A DNA stretch of 64,000 bases from Phoronis australis (taxonomy: Eukaryota; Animalia; Phoronida): positions 1,503,036 to 1,567,035 of the forward strand of contig NMRA01000022.1 of assembly GCA_002633005.1 (NCBI GenBank). Direction: 5' to 3'. A program made the position numbers and the translations under genes. Below are positions 12,771-25,500 of this stretch, piece after piece. Positions within the stretch are counted from its first letter, which is position 1. Every line of letters begins with the position of its first letter. The notes below the pieces were generated by a model that saw only the letters and a list, made by a program, of their open reading frames with translations, was not told where the DNA came from and did not search any database.

Positions 12771-14139
12771 TGTTCATTAAGGGTTGTCTCATGATAGACA
12801 CGCGGGAATTACATGTACTATTCTCGTCAAGAACAAAGTGCAACTGAACAACTACGTTCATCTTAATTAGAACGATATTCGTTGTAACGCTTGAGATTGA
12901 CTCCCTTTCCATCTACAGCACTAGTTGAATTGTCAACGTGAGCAACAACACGTGAGTTTGACGTCCATAACTGCTATGACGTGGACAAAGTAAGATGATA
13001 CTCTCTTCACGTGGTTTTGCGTGACCTTGTCTATGTCGCAAAAACTATGCAGTGGCGGATCTAGGATACAATAAGGGGGGCACAACATGTTGCATCGCTA
13101 ACTGGGCAGAGCGTTATTGTATATGCACAGCGGCTCGAAAGTTGCGGGAGCCAGGGATGTGGGCCTTATGTTCGCAAAATCTATCGGGGTGGACTAAATA
13201 AAAAACGGGAACACGATTCCGAGTCCCCTCTTCATCCTCTACCGATCCTAGTTGCTGAACTCAGTATTTCAAACAGCTGTTTCATTTTACTTGTAGCAGA
13301 CAAGGGGCGGAAGGGACCCCTATGCCAATTCGAAGTATGGAGACTAAGTTTTGGTAAAGGTCTACCTTGTTGCCACAGGAGACAAGCCGCATAAAATTAG
13401 GCAGACTTGATTGACTTCGCCATTTTCGCTAGCTCAGTCGGTTTTAACATCTGATTCTCAGATACACTTCCGGCTTTTAACCAATCATTTGCGTATGCCG
13501 GTTGACACTTCGGAACCCGAAGAGGTCATTCAATTACAGCCACTGTGTGTACAGGTAATAGGCAACCAGCAAAACAAGGATAAACTACGCCACATAATTA
13601 GCATTATGTGCAAACGATGTCTGTTTCAAAATGTGATATATGCTTGAAGCGTAAGTGATGGTGTCACAATGAGATATTCAGTCATTGTTTCAGTTTTGTG
13701 TTAGTCATTCTCATTTACCAAAGCACACTCATGATCAATATCAAACAAACAGTTCTTATTCACTTTTAATTGAATTTAAAATACCGGGGTTAATAAAAAG
13801 CGCTATCAATCCTAAGACTCACAGATACTGGCTATGGTTAGCCATCAAACCATCCGGTATTTTCGTAACCCCCATTTTTACACGGATATGTTTCATGTCT
13901 GCGCATGGGCGGGCTTTAGCTTAGACTATAGTGCATGGACCGCCAACTCCGTATATGAACCAAATCTGTGATCTTACGCATAAGCCGTGACGTCATTATT
14001 CATTAGTGATACCTGGCAAAATCAGCAAGTTTTATTATCGGCAAATTTGTCGTCTGCTAATCATGGTAGGGTGTTGTGTGGTCGGGTATTCGGCCACACA
14101 CGCGAAATGTAAAGGACTGAGTTTCCAAAGCACTTAAGT

Positions 14140-14375
14140 TTGAATTTTGAACGAGCCCCCCAATTTGGCGAATTGGGCAAAAAGATCTGCTTAAATGAAA
14201 CAAAAAGTCCGAGCAAACGAGTCCACAAAGTTGACTGGAATTTGGCGCGGATGCACAATTTGTAGGCCTGAACCTAGTGGCCCCGTTTTTTAGTCCTCGT
14301 TGATATTTTTTCAGTAGAAGTTGCGCGTACCAAAAAATTCGAGCCCCCCTATATTTTAGGCTGGGTGCGCGCATG
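14140..14375. mobile_element. 5'-truncated copy of the CATGCGCGCA-terminated MITE family
   Basis: Shares gaaacaaaaagtccgag, gtccac and cgagccccc..ttttaggctgggtgcgcgcatg with the copies at 20352-20600 and 55180-55376. Confidence 0.7.
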
Positions 14376-15029
14376 TAACGCATGGGGACCGCTTGAGTTT
14401 GCGACAGATGCAAACCAACGGGCATTGTCACAGTGAAACACGTGAGTTGCGAAGACAGCCGCTCTTGTCAACATGTATCAAACGCTGTGTCGGATTAATC
14501 GGAGGGTCCTTAGCTATAAATTTTGCAACAGCTCATCGATAAATATCAAAATATTTGTCAATGTGTCTGCGTAATATTATTACAGTAGTATGTTAGAGAT
14601 TTTAATCCCTACAATACTTAAAAGCATGCGGTCTTGAATTGTTTTTTTTTTTAAATAAACAATAAATTAACTAGTTGACCAGGTGGCTGTACTATTAAAC
14701 ATGTCTCAAGTTTTGGGCAAGTTTGTGTGGTCGTTGAGTGACTGACCTGCAGCGCCACCAAAAGCCTGTTTCTCGAACACTATATTGTTTTTTGAATTGT
14801 TGCGTAACAGTATCGTGTACAAAGGGGTTTGGGTGTGGGGGCCCACGGGGCGACTTTCATGGAATCCACATAGGGGGAGGGGCACCCAATCACTATGTAT
14901 AAACTTTTGGAAATTGTGACTAGTTTGTATTTGAATTAAATAAAGTTTCTATTGTGTGTTTCATCTTTTTTATTTTTCTTAGTACTAGAGAGATTCGTCA
15001 GATACAAAATTGTCCCGGGTATTACCAAA

Positions 15030-16210
15030 CCTCTGGATGGTATACAGCGGTATAGATGCTGTTGTCAGTTACTATGACGAAGTTTACCCAGCCAATGAAC
15101 GTCTTATTTCAGGGGTTGCCCTTCGTAACATTCTGATTTTCATCCTCACGCATAATTTGTTTGATTTTAACTCGGAAATCTTTCTCCAAATCATGGGTAA
15201 GGCCATGAGCAATAAACTTGTTGTTTGTGTCAGATTTGGAGGAACGACGTTTAAGTTACCACCCTTTGAGTCCATCACTTTACGTAAAATTTATCGATGA
15301 TATCTTCATGATATGGCCGCATGACGAAGAATCGCTTAAATAGTTCCATGAGCCACTTAACCGCTCTCATGCTAGTATTAACTTAGATTTATCGTTATCC
15401 TAAGAGAGTACTAGTTTTCTGGATACGGTTGTGACTTCGTGTGGCAAAAAATAATATCAAAGTGTACCACAAACTGACTGACAGAAATACGTTGTTAGAT
15501 GCTGGGAGTTTCCACCCCTCTCATAATAAACGGTCTATTATCTATTACGGTCAGGGTATTTGCTGTCGCCGCATATGCACCGGAGAAGACGATTTCTGTA
15601 GAGATATTCGACAGTTGTCCAGTAGGTTTGCTGATAGGGGTTACGAACCACGTTTGATATACATGTATCTGACACTCTGCCCAACGTAAGATCTATCTCT
15701 AGGAAGGAACTCCTGATCACCAAGAACCAGGTGAATAAACAAGATAAGAAAACGTTCAATCGCATTCCTTTTCTCACAAGTTTTCATCCTGGTGTGAAAA
15801 GAATTCTGAATTTTTGATGAAATCAGTCCGCTGCTAGACGACGAGTACTTGACTAAGGTTTTTTCCCGGTAGGCCCCGTCTGGTCTATAGACAGCTGAGG
15901 AATATTCTAGTTAGAATCTGGTTCATTAACATGGATCGCCAACAGGTGGGCTCTGTGAGATGTGAAAAACCCAGATGCCTGACTTGCACTCATATCAAGG
16001 GCGTCCGTCATTAGTTGTGATGGTGTCTCGTATGAAATCTGGGACAAGTTCTCATGCTGGAGTGCGGGTATAGTATTATCTGATCAAGTGTCTTAAATGT
16101 CCTGACCCTTGGTATTTTGGGGAGACTTGTAACCCGTTACGCACGAGAATGAACAGACGATCCTGCACAACAGGGCGGTCCATTGGGGATCATTTCAATC
16201 TGAATTTACA
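15030..16210 (+). mobile_element. Degenerate Penelope-like element (RT, thumb, Cys-rich linker, GIY-YIG endonuclease); Neptune-like
   Basis: Frameshifted pieces: ILTHNLFDFNSEIFLQIMGKAM; FIDDIFMIW; FLDT; KVYHKLTDRNTLLDAGSFHPSHNKRSIIY.Q..CRRIC; RIPFLTSFHP; CEKPRCLTCTHI; YLIKCLKCPDPWYFGET..PLRTRMN. Confidence 0.85.
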
Positions 16211-16636
16211 TCCTTAAATGTTCCAGTGAAGACTCATTAGAATCTTTGATGGTTAGCTTAAATTAAATTTCATTGATACTTAACGCAAAACTGTTATGTC
16301 AGGCGGCCATTTAAGTGAGAATTGTTTGTCACAAAACAATAAGCATGCAATTTCAGATGAATTAGAAATTCTTTAGGTGTGATAAAGAGTTGTAAGATTC
16401 TTACTTCAGAATAACCACTACAGCATGTTGGCGTGGCAAAAAAAAAACGTTAGCCCGTCAATAATTTGGAGTTAAACACGGGACTTTTTGAAAACGTACT
16501 TCGATCAATGGTGCCAGCGATATCTAGCGTCGTCTACTCTCCATGGTAACACTATCTCCCTGTACCCCGACACCTGCAGAGACGCACAACTGTATATGCG
16601 GACTTTCCAGGCATTCTCAAATCAGGTGCTTCAAAC

Positions 16637-17228
16637 ATGGCTATATTGACGTGGATCTTGGCTGTCATATTGACGAAGGTATAGTATTGGCTCCATTTTG
16701 ACTTACTCGTTCGGTTTGTGTTTCTGTTTTACATTTGAACGTAATCTGTCACATTACAGGTTGTGTTAAAGTGTTAATATATTTTATTAGGTTGACTGTA
16801 TTTCAGCGCAATTTCGATTTAACTTGAACTCAGTGTGCTTGAAAATCTCAATATGGAGAAGTCTCGTCATGGGGCAATCACATTATGGCAGAATCTCAAT
16901 GTGGTCAATCTCAATTATGAATGTGAAGTCGCCTCCAGGTGTCATGAGAAAAATGAATTTGACCCGATCCTTGGAAGTACAGGAAGCCAGTAAATTGAAC
17001 TAGACCATGCAACATTTTCTCAAAATCGTTTTAAAACAAGTGACAAACTTATGTTCAGAAAATGTTGACGAGCGGTGATATTTCTACTATTTCCATCACA
17101 GTTGTATTTTTCGTGGAACATTTCTTTACTATGCTAAATACTATTTACATGATAAACTTCATAGTTCTCTTCACTAATGATCACTCACTACTTTCAGGTA
17201 TCCTGTCAATCTTTAGAAGACCTTGAAG
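16637..17228 (+). CDS. Candidate signal-peptide exons (16637-16678, 17198-17228), probably the 5' end of the astacin gene
   Basis: aaacATGG start. A phase-0 GT-AG join gives MAILTWILAVILTK-VSCQSLEDLE, a hydrophobic core with a VSC/Q cleavage-like site. The pro-domain exons linking to 22591 were not resolved. Confidence 0.5.
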
Positions 17229-17321
17229 GTATACTTTGTGGATGCACAGATTGCACTTGAAACTCAAAAGAATGATTCACAAAAATAATTGAGAAAATGA
17301 GTTTGTAAATGCAACGTACCC

Positions 17322-17344
17322 ATATATATATATATATATATATA
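17322..17344. repeat. (AT)n microsatellite
   Basis: About 11 AT units. Confidence 0.9.
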
Positions 17345-17450
17345 CCTTGCAATATATGTAGTCAATGATCACTAAGAGGTGAAACGATTCTGCCAAGCCA
17401 TTTAAAGAAGAATGCCACCCGATTAGTCCTTTTTACCGTCTTAATCGGTC

Positions 17451-18425
17451 TATAGACTCTATTCACGCGGCGGACATTAAAATCCAAAGCGAGGCTCACT
17501 GCGATAAACAAAGCGAAAGTAGACATTGCGTGAGTTAAATAGCCGGTCTTTCGAGTCCAACCTGGATATTGAATTTTAATAATGTGTCAACAATTAAACC
17601 ACACAGACGTAGAAAATTAATTAGATAACATGTTAAGGCGTCAAAGAGTTGTCTGACGAAAGGGTTTAATTTTTTTCGGAAAACTAGGTTCGAAACATGA
17701 AAAGTAAATGACCAAATTGCGGCGATCGTAGTGTTACGATTAGGTATTATGCTGAATGTAGGGTTACTTTTTTTCTTGTAAATTGTTGATCAAAATACTT
17801 TCTACGCGGACCAGGTCATCTGCTCGTATTGTTGACGAGTTGAAGACATATTCGACAGTGGTGGCTGTCATGTGCAATTAGTCACATCTGGTTTAATTNT
17901 CTGGGGATGCAGGGGTCTTGAATTCTTGGGTTTGCGGACCTGTTGACTAAAAAAAAAACGGTAAACGGGGTTCATTCAGCGCCTATGCGTTGTTTATTCA
18001 CCCCCGAGACCCCCTGGTTGCGCACGTGTGCTAGTCAGCAATTCGCACCCGAACTCAAAAATGGGATCTGATACAATTTTAGTGCCCCCCCAAATCCGTA
18101 GTCATGAAAATACAACCTGGCTGGCCCATTCTCTGGTCGTTACTATGATGCTTGACAACTGACCGAGATGCGACAAAATATGATCTAACTTTTCGAAAAC
18201 ATTTATTTTACACGGACATATTTTGCTTCGTCGGCGTATGGCAATGACCCAACGCTTCCGAATCTAAACGTCTTTAGAGACTGTGAAGCGTGTACGTATT
18301 TTTTTCTAGCCGTTCGGGGAACAACACGGACTGAAACACAGACTCCTATGCCGATAAGCTAACAGAGCTATCGTAGCGAGCCTCGTTTTGGAACGCGCCT
18401 CCTGTCGGCGTGAATAGGGTCTATA
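17451..18425. mobile_element. MITE nested in the Kolobok element (ISL2EU/PIF-like termini)
   Basis: TIRs tatagactctattcacgc / gcgtgaatagggtctata, with a further inverted match ccaaagcgaggctc / gagcctcgttttgg. Confidence 0.75.
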
Positions 18426-18531
18426 TCCACGTCGCCTCTTATACGGTCGACCTCACCTTGCCGAGAGGTGTCGCGTTAACCTGTGAGGAAGGTGAGAAAC
18501 GACGCAGCGACGTCAGTGGTTCGTCTGCAGA

Positions 18532-18801
18532 GTGAATGCCGCTATATTGCGGTGCATTGTTCCCGCTTGTCCGAACTACGAAGCTGGGAAGAAAGCAGGT
18601 ATATCGGTTTTTCGACTTCCTCGAGAGCTCGAAATGCTTAGAAAATGGCTCGCGGTAGTGAAGAATGAAAGGTACGCTGTTAATAACAAGTATGAGGCCG
18701 TGAAACATCTCCTTGTCTGTGGCTGGCATTTCGTCGTCAGTGATTTCTCTGACGAATTCCGGCTTACCAAAGAACTATTCATTCTTTTCCGTTGCCTGTG
18801 A
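18532..18801 (+). pseudogene. THAP zinc-finger fragment of a transposase
   Basis: C2CH pattern with conserved P/W/F residues: CIVPAC...ISVFRLP..E.LRKWL..V...LLVCGWHF..SDF. No in-frame ATG upstream of the domain, and no catalytic domain follows. Confidence 0.8.
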
Positions 18802-20351
18802 ATGTTCACGGCGCTTCTCTAGTATTTCTTGATCAGTGTATTCCTGTTGATTGCATGTGAAATCTAACGATCCGACCCGTGAAGTCTTCGTCGGATGAGC
18901 TCTTGACTAAGTCGGGATTGGAGCCATGTAGACGTTTATTATTCTGCGTTCTGTTTCAAAATGAATTATTCTCACCCTAACCAATGCTTATATGAAAGTG
19001 AAACAACGTCTGTCTCATTAGACACAATTTGTAATGCCTTTGCAGCATTCGTGAGTGCAAATGTTGAGAATCCAGCAATAATAAACCACTGCGTTACCGG
19101 CTTTTGATGCTGGCAATAAAGGTAACTGACAGGGCACCGAGGCCGTGTGAGCGCGTGCTAATTCAGTGTTTGCTGACAGAAAACTGTTGTGAAACAATTG
19201 CACGATTTTATATGCCATATATAGGGGAATCTTTATTTAGAAATACAAGTACATTATTCAAATTATTGTTAATGTACTACCTCTGCCCTGACGGTCTGTG
19301 GATGGGAACCTGACTTCGCGGCCCCCGACAAGTAAGTAGATTTTCAGTTTCGTGGCTAATTCACATAAATAATTACCTGCACATTATTTCTTTGGCTCAC
19401 TATTGTTGTCTTTTCGTGACTAGAGGTTTAGTTTTCAACTCAAGTTGGTTTATGTTCGTGCCAGTCCCGGCGGCCGCGACGGGCATCATCGCGTTCCGAG
19501 CCACTGGCCGGGATAGCAAGTCAGTCCGGCCGCGTCGGCCCTGGTCGGGTTCCGAGCCCGTTGACCGGGATAACAATCGTTTTGTGTGTTTAGAACTCAA
19601 AAAACCACAAGTCTAAACAACACAGATCTAAGTTCTCCTGTCTGTGTTTCACTGAAGAATACTTCGAATTTATCTCCGAACAGATTCCAAACTCCCAGTG
19701 GTACGCCACCTTGGTAAATTGGCCCGGGCGAACTTTGTAGGCCACGATGTGTCCAAATACCAATAAATCCGTAACAGCGATAAGAAACAATACGTTTTTA
19801 TAAGAACTCGGTGTGTTTTTAAGGGTTTTACATCAAATTATAATCATTTTTGGCGTTAAACGATGAATTCAAACGATAAGTTGACACCAGTAACCCGTGT
19901 TGTGAACTGCTGAACAGACTGCGTGTGAAACCAGTGGCGTCATTGGATAATTTCAACACCTCCGTCTGCCGTCAGGTGTCAGGTAACGCAGTCGAACGTG
20001 CCATTATCGAGTAGAATTACTTGATCTAAATTGATACAAAATAGGTTGTTTTGGGTGGCATTCTCCTTTAACACTGTAATACAACGTATGGAATATAGTC
20101 TTACAATCCTTGCACAATAGGAGATCGCTGAAGATATTCCTCTCACACTTCCCTATTGCTTCAGTCGTTCATCCACTCACAAAAGCTCACATTGGTGTCG
20201 GCAATTTGGTGCGGACGTCTGGACAATTCAAGGACAGGCTGGGGCAAGTGTTCTTTCGATTACCTTAGTGATTTGCATTTCACCCTGTATAGCTAGCTCA
20301 AGACAAAAATCAAATTCGGGCTTTTACTCTTATAAAATCGGTCTCACATAA

Positions 20352-20600
20352 CATGCGCGCATCCATGGGGGGCTCGGGGGGCTCCTTCCATTTGGCAAAG
20401 AGGGCAAAAGAGTCCGCTTCAGAGAAACAAAAAGTCTGAGAAAACGAGACAAAAGTCTACTTAAAAGACAGGAACTACCAAAATTCGGCGAACGTACAAT
20501 TTACAGCTCTGAATGTACCTCGTTTTTTTCTTTTTCTTAGTAAAAAGGTCCACATTCCCAAACATCCGAGCCCCCACATTTTAGGTTGGGTGCGTCCATG
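20352..20600. mobile_element. MITE with 5-bp TSD
   Basis: Termini catgcgcgcatcca / tgggtgcgtccatg. Exact CATAA duplication at 20347-20351 and 20601-20605. Confidence 0.8.
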
Positions 20601-22590
20601 CATAATTGATTATCAAAATGTTAAGTATTTCGTTTACTGATATTTTACGGGAATTTTGTATCTCCGCCGGTCCTTTGGACCCGCAAAGTATTTGAGCACT
20701 TACATTGAACGAAAATATACTACTCATGAGTCAATGAAATATTAAACATTTTGAGCATTTGTTTCCCCTAAAACAATTAACAGCTGCACCAAACAGTCGA
20801 CCTCGTCACCCAAGACCATTGAGACTGAGGTACACTGACCTGAAGTTCAAAGGATTTGCTGTAACGGTAAGGCTAGTTGCCGATGTGAGAGTTAGATCGG
20901 CACTCTCTAATAGAAACGTGTATTGGAGTAGCTAATGCGTAGTTTGAAATAGGAGAAAATAAACTTTGAAAAAACGCCAAAATTTTTGGACTGACCTGGT
21001 GTACAAATATCATCAAAGTCGTTGTAGATGCAAACTAATTTAAATAAATCTAAGTGCAAATTCGCTCCAGTTGTTCGTGGTGTTCAAAATTTTTAACTAC
21101 AACGATTGAAAATTTTCCTGTCAAATAATTTGCGCGAGGCCTAGGCCGAACGACGCATTGGTGCGTGAGAATGGTGCAGTGCAAATTTCGTGTGTTTAAT
21201 GTTGGATATGTTTTCAGTAACTATTTTTGCATGAAACAAAAAGCGGAATTCTGTTATATTGGGTGACACTAGTTTGTTCCCTTAGCACTTTCGTGAATGG
21301 GAAAAATAGGTCAGCCACAACTATATCGCTTGTAGAGCTTCGGCTTCGGTTATGAACAAGACCGGGATTTAGCTCTTAAAACTGCGACAAAAATTTTGAA
21401 GAATAAATTTGTTGCGTAGTAATGAGAGGCTGTGGTGGACTTTAGGCCAGGTAAGGTCAAATTTCAATAACGCGGCCTTTTTTAATGCACTGCAGAAACT
21501 CTACCAATATGATGACTCCGGCGACTATTGCCACTGGTGACGACCACAGCTTCAGTGAACCCGAAAATGCAAGTGCAAGGATTAAAATAAAAACGAGTGG
21601 AAACATAGAACTACACGTTAATGTGTACCATCCGACATAGGTCACACGACATTGCTTCAATTCCCATCCAAGAAAGTCAATTTAGTAAATGACGGGCAAT
21701 TTTCTTCGGGGTATCGGAGTTTAGTTGAGCAGTCGGTCCTCTGGACCAGCGTTTTCAAAGTCCCAGTGGAGTCAGTGGATACGATTGCATTTCCGTAGTC
21801 AACAAGAACATTGAAATCACTATCGACTCAATAAAACGTTTCAGTGTTGATTGGATTTAGCCAACCCTGTAATTGCGAGCGATTTCGAAGAAAATGGCGT
21901 GTACGCATTATTGCCTGTGGTTGGATTTGCCGGTTCATTCAGTAAGATTAAACGACCATGGTAACGTTTTTAAACCGAGAGTGCTTCGGTTTATAATTCA
22001 ACATAGACAGCTGAACAGAGAAAAAAAAATCCTTAAGTGCTAAAGTTTTTTCACATTTTCCGTTTGTTTTTTTCATCAAAATTCCAAGCATGAACGATTG
22101 TTTATGTAAGAGCATTTTATTTGCGCTGAAGCTAAAAATTAATGACAACAAATCGACTGGTATGAGTGCAGAATGCCAGAGTAACAAGGTCCTCGTCTAT
22201 ACTTTACAAGGCGACTGTCAAGATCGATAGATTGATTTCGACAATGCAATGAATAAAAACACGCGTTGTTGCTTGAAAATGATTCCTGACATCATAGACT
22301 ATGTGATTTGAGATTGCACTAGCTCCTCTTGAACTGAAATTAAACATCAAACATTCCACACTTACAAATTTATGTCTGCATTGCAACTCGGTGGTTTTGA
22401 ACAGTCAAAATGCATTTTCTGAAGCAATACTGTATCCCCATTTAGAGTATCTGTATAAACTTATATAAAATTAACGTCAGAATGAATTTCATTTCGTTTT
22501 TCGTGATAAAATTGTTCTAATTTTGACGCAGTTTTCAGTGCATGGATTCAAAATAAAATTTCGAAAGTAACGTAAACACATTCATTACAG

Positions 22591-25500
22591 CTCGCCTCTT
22601 CAAAACAAGTACAAACGACATGCAACAAAAGGTCACAGATGGGCAGGCGGCGAGATACCATACGAGTTTGTAACTACGGGTAGGACTTGTGAATTTCGTG
22701 TAACTTAATGATATATGTTTTAAATAAATCGCATTTTAAAATGCAATTTTTAATCTGCAAAGGAACGAAATGTGCAGAAATACATTAAAATCTCATTATG
22801 CCTTTCATAAAGAGGGAGGTTTGATCATGTCCCACCCCCCGAGGAGTACTTTTTCACACGCAAACGTGTTTTGATTTGAACGCCATGTTGTATTGTAAAA
22901 TGGCTCCGCAGATGAATTCAAAACAGCTATGCATAAATTGCACGTTTCACGGTGGCACGCTATCTGAAAACCCCCAGCAATTTCTTCTTTAGAGAATTAT
23001 CCCGCTTGGCATTAGTACTTTCTTCCCCATCGATTTTTACGACACAAATTCGTTTTACAGATGGCGACCGAAACATCGTACTCGGCGCAATGCGTTTGTG
23101 GGAACGGAGCACTTGCATCAAATTTCGCCCTGCCACGCCAAACGACAAAAACAAATTAAGAATACGGAACGGCGTCGGGTAAGTTTATGACCTGTTGACA
23201 ATAGCAGATCCTGACGTCGTCGTTTATTTTGTTAGTGTGGACATCTTTGATGAAAATTGCAATAACAAGTACTATGACGGAATAGCAACAATCCGCGAGT
23301 GATTGGACATAGATGGTTGCTATCTAATCTCCTCGCATGTGGTAAAATTCCTTTAAATATTTAAACACGATAATATCCTTCATAGTAAGGAAGTTTGAGT
23401 CCAGCGGAGATAACTTCTGAAATAGGCATAGGAAATGGCCTCATAAAAGGCTCTTAGTTGTTCGTAAAGAAACAGATCTGGACATTTTCGTTGCCAGTGG
23501 TCTCCAATCTTCCAACATCAATGAGATATTAAACAAATTAAACCTCAGCTATTAGTCGCACAAGCTATAGCTTGTACTCATGTTTGTCATAAAATAGCTC
23601 TTTAGAGCTAATGTTGATTGTGTGTGAAATCTGACTGTAAATAAATTCCCTTTCCTTCCTTCATAAATTAGCTTTAGTTCTTTCCTCGTTTAGATGTAAC
23701 ACTGCTGTCGGCCAGTATCCATTCTCATTGGCGCAGAATCTGACTCTTCAATTTCCCGGATGTTGGAACGTAAGTCAAAATTACATCGCACTGGATGGAT
23801 TCAAATACTATTATTTACAGTTTCTTGTACATGTAGTTAATAAAGAGATCAGATATTGTATTACGGAAGTACCAAAAATTCGTTGGATGCCGCTGTGTCG
23901 TATACACCCAACATTTTAATCCTGGTAAGCAATAGTGAATTGTCAATCCACCAACTCACCTAGTTAATTTGAAATAACGCAAACCCTCTTAGATCGTGTT
24001 ATGTATGCAGTTGATGGAGCTGCCATGTACATGTAGCCGACTGGATGGCTTCCTAAAGTAAGCAGTCTGCAAAACAGTCTGCATTTCTCTATTAAATACG
24101 CCATTGTAATTCTGTTCATAAATCGATACCTGGAAGACTAACATTTGCGAATAACTGATTTGCGAAAATGTCAAGGACTAACAAGGGTATCGCAGTCGAA
24201 AATGAATATCAGAGATAGGAAGCTGCTGGGGCGTATCGATACTTCGTTTTATTGATGAACTGGACACCTTTTCAACATCTAAATAGAATGAGAGCGGCAG
24301 GTATAGTTCATCAGCATGGGGTGCTTCCATGGGTAACGGTTCACGTAACTATTTGAATCCATACGGGTCGACTACTGCTACATTAAATTTTAGTAACACT
24401 TAAAGACTTTTGAGCACCCCAACGCACTATCGATCTTCGTAAACCAGCCTCCCGTTCAGTAACGCTAGGACCTCGCTTAAAAGCAAGACTTCGCGAGATT
24501 ACGTAAGATATTGTCATGTATTCTAAATGAAATCACGTGACTTTGGCTAGAATTCAGCTAGGTCCTAGCGTAAGTCCTAGCGTTACTGAACGCACACCCG
24601 GTCTTCTCATATTTCCCACCTACATGATCCAACACTGCGAACGTACATAGAAGCTCAATAATGAAATCTAAAAACTTATGAGCGACAAGCTGCAGCCAGT
24701 ATGTGCAATATATTTCTCCTTTCAGAAACGAACAGCACTTCACGAGCTAGGGCACACAATAGGGCTGCACCACGAACAGCAACATCCGGAAGCAAGTAAA
24801 TTCTTCAAGGTTAACAAGAACAACATAGATCCGAATTGCCATACGCAGTGGGAATTTATGGACGCGTCCAAGGTTGATACATATGGCATTCCATATGACC
24901 CTAAGAGTATTATGCACTATAGCTCCTATGTAAGTTGTTTAAGTTTAAAATACTGTGACGGTAATCATCGAATCAAAATGAACTCCACACACGAGAACAG
25001 AAATAACGCATCAACTATTATTCTCTACATTTATATGAGTAACATAAAGTCCAAATGCCTTGGGCCTAGAGCATCAGCAAAAATCGCACTAACAATCGGT
25101 GATCAGATCAATTTCTGAAATCATCATCGCAATAATTTGAGCTCTATGCAGCCTTGGGTAACCGTTTTCACGGGATATAGTTCATGAAAGAGATATGACC
25201 TTATGAAGTCCCGGTGCTCGTGAGAAAAGATTTTTGTACAGTCAATAAAGCACAACTGCGGCTTGTGAAAAAGGAAGGTTGATTTCCTTGATAGGCCGTT
25301 CGGGACTGTGGACGTTTAATTTCTAGCCCACTGAAATTTTACAACATTACAGTTGTTTACAGAAGATTAAGAATCTTGCCAATTACTGAGAAAAGTAACC
25401 TTTTGTAAAATGGGCACCGCCTTTTGCACATTGGGTTATCTGCCAGCTTGGCGCTCGTTTGACTGTCCACAGGGGTGCAGCTTAAATTACGGCGACAAGG

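Larger units (their letters stand above)
17406..20067 (+). mobile_element. Non-autonomous Kolobok-type DNA transposon carrying a THAP remnant
   Basis: TTAA at 17402-17405 and 20068-20071. TIRs agaagaatgccaccc / gggtggcattctcct with purine-purine termini. Internal THAP domain. Confidence 0.75.

Noticed and set aside
20120-21570. Candidate astacin pro-domain exons (~20165, ~20784, ~21336, ~21496)
   Set aside because: Splice-like signals exist, but I could not build one phase-consistent open path, so they are left uncalled.
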